From the NCBI RefSeq assembly GCF_009914755.1, contig NC_060946.1: DNA of 64,000 nt. One strand, written 5' to 3'. The position numbers were made by a program, and so were the translations under genes. Below, piece after piece: positions 39,001 to 51,400 of the stretch (the first letter of the stretch is position 1; every line of letters starts with the position of its first letter). This DNA is from the human T2T-CHM13v2.0 reference genome, Homo sapiens. The notes beneath the pieces are model-generated. The model saw only the letters and a list, made by a program, of their open reading frames with translations, ran no database searches and had not been told where the DNA came from.

Positions 39001-42000
39001 AAGGAATGGAACGGAGTAGAGAGGATTGGAGTGGAATGGAATTAAGTGGAGTGGAAAAAAATGCAATGGAATGAAAAGCAATGGAGTGGAGTGGAATGGA
39101 GTGGAAAGGAATGGACCAGAATGGAACGGAATGGAATGGAGAGGAATGTAATGTAATGGAATGGAGTGGAATGGAATTGATTGGAGTGGAATGTAGTGGA
39201 GTGGAGTGGAGTGGGGTCGAGTGGATGGGAATAGAATGGAATGGAATTGATTGGAATTGAAACGAGGGGAGTGGAGTGGATAGAATGGAATGGAGTGGAG
39301 TTGAATGGATTGGAATGGAATGCAATGGAATGGAGAGAAGGGGTGTGGAGTGGAATAGAATGGATTGGAGTGGAATGGAATGGAATGAAATGGAATGGAA
39401 CGGAATCGAGAGCAAAGGAGTGGAGTGGAATGGATTGGAATGGAATCGAATGGAAGGGAGATGAGGGGTGTGGAGTGGAAAAGAGTTTATTGGAGTTGAA
39501 TGGAATAGAGTGGAGCAGATTGGAATGGAATGGAAGGGAGAGGAGGGCAATAGAATGAAATGGAATGGAATTTAATGGAATGGAGTGGAACAGAATGCAA
39601 TGGAGTGGAGTGTAATGAAATGGAAAGGCATGGGATGGAGTGGAACGCAATGGAATGGAATGGATTGGTAATGAGGAGAGAGGAGTGGAATGGAATGGAG
39701 TGGAAAGCAGTGGAGGGGATTGGAATGGAATGGAGTGGAGTGGGATTGAATGGAGTGTAATGGAATGGAGTGGAATGGAGTGGAGTGGAATGGAACGGAA
39801 TGGAGTGTGGTGGAATGGAATGGAATGAAGTAGAGAGAAATGGAGTAGAGTGGAGAGGAATACAGTGGAATGGAGAGGAGTAGAATAGAATAGAATAGAA
39901 TGGAATGGTGTGTAGTGGAATGAAATGGAGTGGCATGGAATGGAGTGGAGTGGAATTGAGTGGAGTGCAATGGATTGGAATGGAATGGAATGCAATGGAA
40001 TGGAATCGAATGTAATGGGATGGGGTAGAGTGGAATTGAATGGATGTTAATGGATGGAGTGGAATGGAATGTAGTGTAAAGGAATGGAATGTACTCAAGT
40101 AGAGTGAAATTTAATAGAAAGGAAAGAAGGGGAGTGCAATGTAATGGAAAGGAGTGGAATGGAATGGAATGTTATGGAATGGAATGGAATGGAATAGAGT
40201 GGAATGGAATGGAATCGAGTGGACTGGAATGGAATGGAGTGGAGTGGAAGGGAATGGAATGGAATTGAATGGATTGCAGTGGATTGAAGTGGAGTTCTTT
40301 GGAATGGAATGGAGTGGAATGGAATTAAATGGAATGGAGTGGAATGGAAGGGGGTGGAGTGGAATGGAATGGAATTGAGTGGAGTACAGTGGAGATGATT
40401 GAATATGAGTGGAGTGGAGTGGAATGGAGTGGAATGGAGTGGATTGGAATAGAAAAAACGGAATGGAATGGATTGAAATGGAACGAAGTGAAATGGAATG
40501 GAGTGGAATGGACTGTGGTAGACTGGAATGGAATAGAGTGGAATGGATTGGAGAGAAGTGGAACAGAATGGAATGGTGTGGAAGGGAATGCAATGGAACA
40601 GAGTGGACTAGAAAGGATGAGTGGAATGGAGTGAAATGGAATTTAATGGAATACAACGGAATGGCATAGAATGGAGTGGGATGGAGAGGAATGGAATGGA
40701 ATGGAATGGAATCTAATGGAACAGAAAGGAATGGAGGGAAGTGGGAAGGAATGGAATTTAATGGAATGGAGTGGAATGGAGAGGATTGTTATGGAGTGGC
40801 AAGGAATGAAATCGAATGGAGTGGAATGGAATGGAATGGAGTGGAGTGGAGTGGAGTGGAATGGAGTGGAGAGGAGTGTAGTGGAATGGAATTGAAGGAA
40901 TGGAATTTAATGGAATGGAATGGCAGGGAATGGAATGTAGCGGAGGGGAGAGGAGAGGAGTGGAAAGTAATGGAGTGGAATGGAATGGAACAGAATGGAG
41001 TGGAATGGAGAGAAGAGGAGTGGAATTGTATGCAATGGAGTGGAATGGAAGGGAATGGAATGGTACGGAAAGGAATGAAGTGGAATGGAATGGAATTGAA
41101 AGGAACGGAATGGAATAGCGTGGAATGGAATGGTGTGGAATGAAATGGTATGGATTCGAGTGGAATGGAGCAGAATGGAATGGAAGCGAATGTACTGGAG
41201 TGGAGTGGAGTGTAATGGAATAGAAAAGAATGGAATTGGGTGGATTGCAATGGAATTGACTGGAGTGGAAGACAATGGAATGGAATGGAATGGTTGTAGT
41301 AGAGTGGAGTGTGGTCGGGTGGAATAAAATGGAATGGATTGGAGTGAAATGGAACGGAATTCCGTGGAATACAATGAAATGGAATGGAATGGAATGGAAA
41401 GGAAAGGAACGGAACGGAACGGGCCAGAACAGAATGGAATGGAACGAAATGGAATGGAATGGAATGGAATAGAGTGGAAAGGAATGGAATGAAATGGGGT
41501 GGAATATAGAGGAGTGGAGTGGAATGGAATGGAATGCAGTGGAGTGGAAAGGAATGGAGCAGAATTTATTGGAATGGAATGCAATGCAATGGAAACGAAT
41601 GGAATGGAATGGGGTGGAATGGGGTAGTGTGGAAAGGAATGGAGCAGAATTTAATGGAATGGAATGCAATGGAATGGAAACGAATGGAATGGAATGGGGT
41701 GGAATAGAGTGGTGTGGAATTTAATGGAGTGAAGTTGAATGGAATGGAATGGAAAGGATTGGAATGCAGTGGAGAGGAATGGATTGGAATAGAATGGAAT
41801 AGAGTGGAATGGAATCTAGTGTAATGGAATGGAAGGGAATGAAATGAAATGCAGTCGAATGTAATAGAATGGAACAGAAGTGAATGGAGTGGAGTGAAAA
41901 GTATTGAATTTTTTCAAGTGGAATGGAATGGAATGGAATGGAAAGGAATGGAATGCATTGGAAATGAATGGAAAGGAATGGAGTGGAAGTGTAGTATACT

Positions 42001-44479
42001 GGAGTGGAGTGGAGTGAAATGGAAGAGAATAGAATGGAAAGGAATGGAATGGAACAGAATGGATTGGAATGGAATGGAATGGAATGGAATAGACTGTATT
42101 GGAATGTAATGTAATGTTATGTAATGGAAAGGAATGGAATAGAGTGGAACGGAATGGAATTGAATGGAGTGGAATGTAGAGGAGTGGAGTGTAATGGAAT
42201 GGAATGTTGTGGAAGGGATTTTAGAGGAATGGAGTGGAGTGGAATGGAATGGAGTGGAATAGAGTGCAGTGGAATGGAATGGAGTGGAATGGAATGGAAT
42301 GGAGTGGAATGGAATGGAAATAATTGGAGTGGACTTCTGTGGAATAGAATGGAATGGAGAGGAGGGGAACGGAGTGGAGTAGACTAGAATGAAATCAAAT
42401 GGAATGGAATGGAATGGAAAGGAAAGAAATGGAATCGAGTGGAGTGGAGAAGAAGAGAATGGAGTGGAGTAAAATGGATTGGAATGGAAAGGAACAGAAT
42501 GGAATGGAGTGGAGTGGAGTGGAGAGAACTGGAGAGGAATGGAGTGGAATTTAATGGAATGGAAGGGAATGGAATGGAATGGAGTGCAGTGGAATGGAAT
42601 GGAATGGAATGGAATGGAGTGGATTGGAATGGAATGAAGTGTAATGGAAAGGAGTGGAATGGGATGGAATGGACTGGAGAGGAGTGGAATGGAATTGAAT
42701 GCAATAAAATGGAATGGAGTGAAGTGGAGTGAAGTGGAATATAATGTAATGGAATGCAATGGAGTGCAATGGAGTGGAGTGGATTGGAACGGAATAGAGT
42801 GGAATAGAGTGGAGTGGATGGAATGGAATGGAATGGAATGGAAAGGAATGGAATGGAATGGAGTGGAATGGATTGGAATGGAATGGAATGGAGTGGAATG
42901 GAATGGAATGGAATGGAGTGGATTGAAGTGGAATGGAAAGGAAAGGAATGGCATGGAATGGAATGGAATGGAGTGGAGTGGAGGGGTGGGGATAGGGGTG
43001 GAATGCAATGAAATGCAATCCAATGGAATGGAATGCAATGGAATGGAATGCAATGGAATGGAAGGGAATGGAGTGGAATGAAGGAGAGTGGAATGGAATG
43101 GAGTGGAATGGAATGGAATGGATTGGAATGGTGTGGAGTGGGGTGGATGGAATGGAATGGAATGGACTGGACTGGACTGGATGGAATAAAATGTAAAGGC
43201 ACGTATCAAATGGATGTAATGGAATAGAATGGAAGTGAGTGCACTGGAGTGGAGTGGAGTGTAAAGAAATGGAATGGAGTGGAATTCAAGGGAATGGAAA
43301 GGGAAGGAATGGAATGGAAAGGAAAGGAATGGAGTGGAGTGGTTTGGAATGGAATGGAGTAGAGTGGAATGGAATGCAATGGAATGGAATGGAATGAATC
43401 GGAATGGAATGGAAACGAATTCCATAATGTGGAAGGAATGGAATGGAGTGGAATGGAATCTTGTGGAATGCAACAGAAGGCAATGGAATGGAAAGGAGAG
43501 GAGTAGAGTGTAGTGGAATGGAATGAACAGGTATGGAATGTAACCTAAAGTAGTTGAATGGAATGGAGTAGAATGGAATGCGGTGGAATGAAATGGAGTG
43601 TTATGGAATGCAATTGAGTGGAATGCGGTCGAATGGAGTGGAGTGTAATGGAATGGCATGGAATCGAGTGGATTGGAATGGATTGGGATTGAGTGGAGTG
43701 GAATGCAAAGGAGTGGAATGGAATGGAATGGATTGGATTGGAGTTGAGTGGAATGGAATGGAATGGAGTGTAGTGGAGAGGAGTTTATAGGAGTGGAGTG
43801 GAGTGGAGTGGAAGGGAGTGGAATGGATTGGAATGGAATGGAATTGAACGGAGCGGAAGGGAGTAGAGTGTAGTAGAGTGGAATGAAATGGAATGGAATT
43901 GAATGGAAAGGAATGGAAGGAATGGAATGGAATGAAAGGGAATCGAGTGGATTGGAGCGGAATAGAATGGAGGGGAAAGGAACGGAATGGAATGGAATGG
44001 AATGGAACGGAGTGGAGTCTAGTGAAGAGGAATGGAGTGGAACAGAATGGAATATAGTGGAATGGAGTCGAGTGGAGTGCAGTGTAATGCAACGATATGG
44101 AAAGGAATGCAGTGGAATGGAATGGAGTGGAATGGAATGGAGTCGAATGGAATGGAATGGAATGGAGTGGAGTGGAATGGTAATGAATGCAATAAAATTG
44201 AGTAGAGTTGAATGGAGTGAAGTGGAGTGGAACGGAATGAAGTGGAATAGAGTGGAGTGAAAAGGAATGGAATGGATGGAATGGAATGGAATGGAATGGA
44301 ATGGAATGAAATGGAATGGAATGGAATGAAATGGAATGGAATGGAATGAAATGGAAGTGACCGGAGTGGAATGGAATGGAATGAAATGGAATGGAGTGGA
44401 ATGGAATGGAATGGAAAGGAAAGGAATGGAATGGAAAAGAATGGAATGAAATGGAATGGAGTGGAATAGAATGGAATGG

Positions 44480-47400
44480 AATGGAATGGAATCAACTGGA
44501 ATGGGATGGAATGAAATGGAATGGAAAGAAAGGGAATGGAATTTAATGAAACGGAGACTATCCGAATGGAATGGAATGGAATGGAATGCAATGGAATGGA
44601 ATAAACACGAATTGAATAGAATGGAATGGAATGGAATGGAATGGAGTGGAATGGAATGGAATGGAATGGAACTTAATGGAATGGATTCAACCCAAGTAGA
44701 ATGGAATGGAATGAAATGGAATGGAAAGGAATGGAAAGGAATGGAGTGGAATGGAATCAACGGGAGTGGAATGGAATGGAATGGAATGGAATCAACACGA
44801 GTGGCATGGAATGGAATGGAATGGAATGGAATGGAATCAACACGAGTGGCATGGAATGGAATGGAATGGAATGGAATAGAATGGAATGGAATGGAATAAA
44901 CATTAAGGGGATGGAATGGAATGGAATGGAATGGGATGGAATGGAATGGAAAAGAATCAATTGGAATGGAATGGAAGGGAATGGAATGAAATGGAGTGGA
45001 ATGCAATCAACCCAAATAGAATTGAATGGAATGGAATAGAATGGAATGGAGTGGAATGGAATTGAGTGGAATGGAATCAACCAGTTGGAATGGATTGCAA
45101 TGGAATGGAATGGAATGGAACGGCGTTGAATGGAACGGAATGGAATAGAATGCAATGGAATGGCATGGAATCAACCCGAGTGGAATGGAATGGAAAGGAA
45201 TGCAATGGAATGGAATGGAATGGAATGGAATGGAACGGAACGGAATGGAACGGAACGGAATGGAATGGAATGGAATCAAACCAAATGGAATGGAATGGAA
45301 TGGAATGGAATGGAATGGAATGGAATGGAATGGAATGGAATCAACCCCAGTGGAATGGAATTGAAAGAAATGGAATGGAATGGAATGGAATGGAATGGAA
45401 TGGAATGGAATGGAGTCAACTGGAATGGAATAGAATTAAATGGAATGGAATGGAATGGAATGGAATGGAATGGAATGGAATGGAATGGAATGGAATGGAA
45501 TGGAATGGAATGGAATGGAAAAAACCCGAGTGGAATGGAATGGAATGGAATGGAATGAACTAGAAAGGAATAGAGTGGGATGAAATGGAATGGAATGGAA
45601 TGAAATGGAATGGAAGGGAATATAATGGAATGGAATGGAATGGAATCAACCCGAGTACAATGGAATGGAATGGAAAGGAATGGAAAGGAATCGAGTGGAA
45701 TCAACCCGAGTGGAATGGAATGGAGTGGAATTAATTGGAATGGAATGGAATGGAATGGAATGGAATGGAATAGAATAGAAAGGAATCAACTGGAATGGAA
45801 TGGAATGGAATGCAATGCAATGGAATAGAACGGAATAGACTGGAATGGAATGGAATGGAATGGAATGGAATGGAATAGAATGCAATAGAATGGAATGGAA
45901 TCAACTCGAGTGGAATGGAATGAAATGTAATGGAATGGAATGCAATAGAATAGAATGCAATGGAATGGAATCAAGTAGCCTCGAATGCAACAGAATGCAA
46001 TGCAATCAACTCAAGTGGAATGTAATGGAAAGGAGTGGAATACAATGGAATGGAATGGAATAGAATGGAATTGAATGGAATGGAATAATGTGGCCTCAAG
46101 TGCAATAGAATTAAATGGAATCAACTTGAATGGAATGGAATGGAATGGAAAGGAATAAACTGGAATGGAATGGAATGGAATGGAATGGAATGGAATCAAC
46201 ACGAGCCGAATGGAAGATTGGAATGGAATTTAATGGAATGGAATAGAGTCAACCGAAGTGGAATGGAATGGAATGGAATGAAATGGAATCAATCGGAGTG
46301 GAAAAGAATGTAACGGAATGGAAAGGAATGGAATGGAATGGAATCATCCAAAGTGGAATGGAATGGAATGGAATGGAATGGAATACAATGGAATGGAATA
46401 GAACAGAATGGAATGAAATTTAATGGAGTCATCCCGAGTGGAATGGAATGGAAAGGAATTGAATGGAATGGAATCAACCCGAGTGGAATGGAATGGAATG
46501 CAATGGAATGGAATGGAATGGAAAGGCATCAACCTGAATGGAATGGAACAGAATGGAATGGAATTGAATGGAATGGAATGCTATCAACCCGAGTGACATG
46601 GAATGGAATGGAATGGAATGGAATGGAATGGAATGGAATGGAATCAAATGTAATGAAATGGAATGGAATCAACCCGAGTGGAATGGAATGGATTGGAATG
46701 GAATGGAAAGGAAAGGAAAGGAATGGAATGGAATGGAATCAAAATGAGTAGAATGGAATGGAATGGAATTTTATGGAATGGAATGGAATGGGATGTTATG
46801 GAATGGAATGGAATGGAATCAACCTGGGTGGAATGGAATGGAATGGAATGGAATGGAATGGAATTGAATGGAATCAACCAGAAGGGATTGGAATGGAATG
46901 GAATGCAATGGAATGGAATGGAATGGAATCAACCCGAGTGTAATGGAATGGAATGCAATGGAGTGGAAGGGAATGGAATGGAATGGAATGCAATGCAATA
47001 GAATGGAATGGAAAGAAATGGAATGAAATAGCCTCGAATGCAACAGAATGGAATGTAATCAACTCGAGTGGAATGGAATGGAAAGGAGTGGAATGCAATG
47101 GAATGGAATGCAATAGAATGGAATTGAATGGAATGGAATGAAGTGGCCTCGAATGCAACAGAATGAAATGGAATCAACTCGAATGGAATGGAATGGAATG
47201 GAATGGAATGGAATGGAATGGAAATGAATCAACTGGAATGGAATGGAATGGAATGGAATGGAATGGAATGGAATGGAATGGAATCAACGCGAGTGGAATG
47301 GAATGGAATGGAATCAACGCGAGTGGAATGGAATGGAATGGAATGGAATGGAATGGAATGGAATGGAATGGAATGCAATGGACTCAAGCGGAGTGGAAAA

Positions 47401-48490
47401 GAATGTAACGGAATGGAAAGGAATGGAACATCCAGAGTGGAATGGAATGGAATGGAATGGAATGGAATGGAATGGAATGGAATTTAATGGAGTCATCCCG
47501 AGTGGAATGGAATGGAATGGAATGGAATGGAATGGAATGGAATGGAATGGAATGGAATCACCCCGAGAGGAATCGAATGGAATGCAATGCAATGGAATGG
47601 AATGGAATGGCATCAACCCGAATGGAATGGAATAGAATGGAATGGAATTGAATGGAATGGAATGCTATCAACCCGAGTGGCATGGAATGGAATGGAAAGG
47701 AATGGAATCAAATGGAATGGAATGGAATGGAATGGAATGGAATGGAATGGAATGGAATGGAATGGAATCAACCCGAGTGGAATGCAATGGAAAGGAATGG
47801 AATGGAATGGAATGGAATGGAATGGAATGGAATGGAATGGAATCAACCCGAGTGTAATGGAATGGAATGGAATGGAATGGAATGGAATGGAATCAACCCG
47901 AGTGGAATGGAGTGGAATGGAATGGAATGGAATGGAATGGAATCAACCCAAGTGGAATGGAATGGAATGGAATGGAATGGAATGGAATGGAATGGAATGG
48001 AATGGAATGGAATCAACCCGAGGGGAATGGAATGGAATGCAATGGAATGGAATGGTATGGAATGGAATGGAAAGGAATGGAATCAACCTGAGTGGAATGG
48101 AATGGAATGGAATGGAATGGAATCAACCCCAGTGTAGTGGAATGAAAGGAATGGAATGGAATGGAATGGAATGGAATAGAATCAACTAGAATGGAATGGA
48201 ATGGAATGGAATGGAATGGAATGGAATGGAATGGAATGGAATGGAATCAACCCGAGTGGAATGCAATGGAAAGGAATGGAATGAAATGGAATGGAAGGGA
48301 ATATAATGGAATGGAATGGAATGGAATCAACCCGAGTGCAATGGAATGGAATGGAATGGAATGGAATGGAATGGAATGCATTGGAATGGCATGGAATGGA
48401 ATGGAATCGAATGGAATCAATTCGAGTGGAATGGAATGGAATGGAATGGAATAGATTGGAATGGAATGGAATGGAATGGAATGGAATGGA
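44480..48490 (+). repeat. Domain 4: classical Sat III, nearly pure (GGAAT)n with CAACCCGAGT decamers
   Basis: Exact CAACCCGAGT at 45172, 45647, 45702, 46475, 46585, 46670, 46930, 47669, 47769, 47844, 47894, 48248 and 48328, plus many variants. A perfect (TGGAA)16 lies at 45441-45520. Confidence 0.93.
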
Positions 48491-51400
48491 ATTGAATGGA
48501 GTGGGATGGATTACAGTGGAGTGGAGTGGAGTGTTATGGAGAGGAGTGGACTGTAGTGGAATGGAATTGAATGGACCAGAGTGGAATAGTGTGGAATCGA
48601 GTTCGGTGGAATGGATTGGAATGGATTAAAGTGGAATGGAGTGGAGTGGAGTGGACTGGGGTGGAATGGAATGGAGTGGAGTGGAGTGCAACTGAGTGTA
48701 GTGGAGTGGAGTGGAACGGTATGGAGAGGAGAGGAATGGAATGGAATGGAATGGAAAGGAGTCAACTGGAATGGGATTGAGTGAAATGGAATGGAACAGA
48801 TGGGAATGTAATGGAATGGCGTAGAGTGGAATGGAATGGAGTGAAGTGGAATGGATTCGATTGGAAAAGAAAGGATTGGATTGGAGTTGAGTGGAATGGA
48901 GTGGAGTGGAATGGAGTAGGCTGGAGTGGATTGAAGTGGAGTGGAGTGGAATGTACTCGAATGGAATGGAATGGAGTGGAGTGGAGTGCAATGGAATAGA
49001 ATGGATTGAAGTGGAATGTAATGGAATGTAATGGAATGGAGTGGAATGTAATGGATTGGAAAGCGGAATGGAATGGAATGTAACAGAGTGGAATGGAATG
49101 GAATGGAGTGGAGTGGAAGGCATGGAAAGAAGAGGAATGGATTTGAGATGAATAAAGTGGAATGGAATGCAGTGGAGCGGAATAAAATGGAAAGGAGTGG
49201 AACGGAATGGAATGGAGTGTAATGGAATGGAGTGGAGTGGAGTGGACTGGAGTGGAGTGCAGTGGAATGGAGTGGAATAGAATGGTGTAGAATGCAGTGG
49301 AATGGATTGGAGAGTGTAGAATGGAATGGAGTGTAGTGGAATTGAATAGAGCGGAGTGGAACCGAGTGGAGTGGAGTGGATTGGAGAGAGTTGTATTGAA
49401 TGGAATGGAGGGGAAAGGATTGGAGTACAATGGAATGGAGTGGAATGGAATGGAACGGAGTGGGATGGAATGTAATGAATTGGAGTTGAGTGGAATTGAG
49501 TGTATTTGAATGGAGTTGTGTGTAATGGAATGGAATGGAGTGGAGTTGAATGAAAAGTAGAGGAATGGAATGGAAAGAAGGGAGTGCAGTGGAGCGGAGT
49601 GGAATGGAATGGACTGGAGTGGAGTGGAGTGGAGAGCAGTGGAGTGGAATGGAGTGGAGTTGAATTGAGTGGAGTGCAATGAGTGGAGTGGAGTGGAATG
49701 GAGTGGAGTGGAGGGGAATGAACTAGAGTGGAATGGAATGGAGTGGATTGGTATGGACTGGAGTGAAATGGAAAGGATTGGAGTGGAATGGAATGGAATG
49801 GAGTGGAGTGGAGTGGAGTGTGGTTGAATGGATTTGAGTGGAGTGGAGTGGTGTGGAATGGAATGGGGTGAAATGGATTTGAACGGAGTTCAATGGAGTC
49901 AAATGGAGCGGAGTGGAGCGGAATGGAATGCAGTGGAGTGGGGTAGAGTGGATTGGAGTGGAGTGTTATGGAGAGGAGGGGAGTGTAGTGGAATCGAATG
50001 GACTGGAAGGGAATGGCATAGAATTGAATTGAGTGGAGAGGATTGGAATGGATTTGGGTGGAATGGACTGAAGTGGAATGGAATGGAGTGGAAAGGAATG
50101 GAGTGGAGTGGAGTGGAGTGCAACTGATTGGAGTGGAGTGGAGTAGAATGGAATGTAGAGGAGTGGAATGGAATGGAATGGAATGGAAAGTAGTGAACTG
50201 GCATGGCATGGACTGAAGAAGAATGGAATAGGATGGGATGTAATGGAATGGAGTGGAGAGGAATGCAAAGGAGTGAACTGGAATGGAATGGACTGAAGTG
50301 GAATGGAATAGGATGGGATGTAACGGAATGAAGTAGAGAGGAATAGAATGGAGTGAAGTGGAATGGATTCAAATAGACTAGAAAGAAGTGGGATGGAGTT
50401 GAGTGGAATGGAATGGAGTGGAATGGAGTTGGGTGGAGTGGAATGAAGTGGAGTGGAGTGGAATGTACTGGAATGGAATGGAGAATAGTGGAGTGGAATG
50501 GAGTGGAATTTAGTGGAGTTGAGTGGAATGTACTGGAATGGATTGCAGTGGAATGGAGAGGAATGGAATGGAACGTAGTGGAATGGAATGGAGTGGAGTG
50601 GAATGGAATGGATTGGATAGGAAAGGAATGGATGGAATGGAGTGCAATGGAATGGAATGGAGTGGAGTGGAAAGGAATGGAATTGAAGGGAATGGAATGC
50701 AGTGTAATAAAGTGCAATGGAATGCAGTGGAGTGGAATAAAATGGAGTGGAGTGGAACGGAATGGAATGGAGTGTAATGAAATGGAGTGGAGTGGAGTGC
50801 AGTGGAATGGAGTGGAATGGAATAGAATGGTGTGGAATGAAGTGGAATGGAGTGGAATGGAGTGGAGAGTGTGGAATGCAATGGAGTGGAGTGGAATTGT
50901 GTGGAATGGAATGGAGTGGAGTAGAATGCAATGTATTGGAAAGGAATGAAATAGACTGGAGTGGAATATTATGGATTGGAGTGGAGTAGAGTGGAGTGGA
51001 GTGGAGTTTAATGGAATGCAGTGGTGTGGAGTGGAGTGGAATGGAATGGAGTGGAGTGGACTACAGTGTAGTGGAGTGAAATGGACTGGAATGGAATGGA
51101 GTGGAGTAGAGAGAAGAGGATTGGAATGGATAGGAGTGGAATAGACTGGAATGGAATGGTGCAGAGTGAAATGGAGCTTACCAGAGTGGAAAGGAGTGGA
51201 AAGGAATGGAGTGTCATAAAATGGAACATGGTGGAGTTGAACTGAGTGGAGTGGAGAGGAATGAAGTGGAGAGGAATGAAGTGGAGTGGAATGGAGTGGA
51301 ATGGAGTAGAATGAATCGGAGTGGAGAGGAATAGAGAGGAATGGTATGGAGAAGAGTGGAATGGAATGGAATGGAGTGGAATTGAATGGAGTGGAGTGGA

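Larger units (their letters stand above)
18720..44480 (+). repeat. Domain 3: diverged GGAAT/GGAGT mixed satellite, relatively CpG-poor
   Basis: Alternating GGAAT and GGAGT with GCAGT, GTAGT and GGATT. GGACTCGAAT is nearly absent except in the ~21.9-22.6 kb island. Confidence 0.88.

Noticed and set aside
41904-41917. TTGAA-TTTT-TTCAA hairpin with a T6 run as a terminator
   Set aside because: It is a 5-bp AT-rich stem occurring once, with no associated transcription unit.
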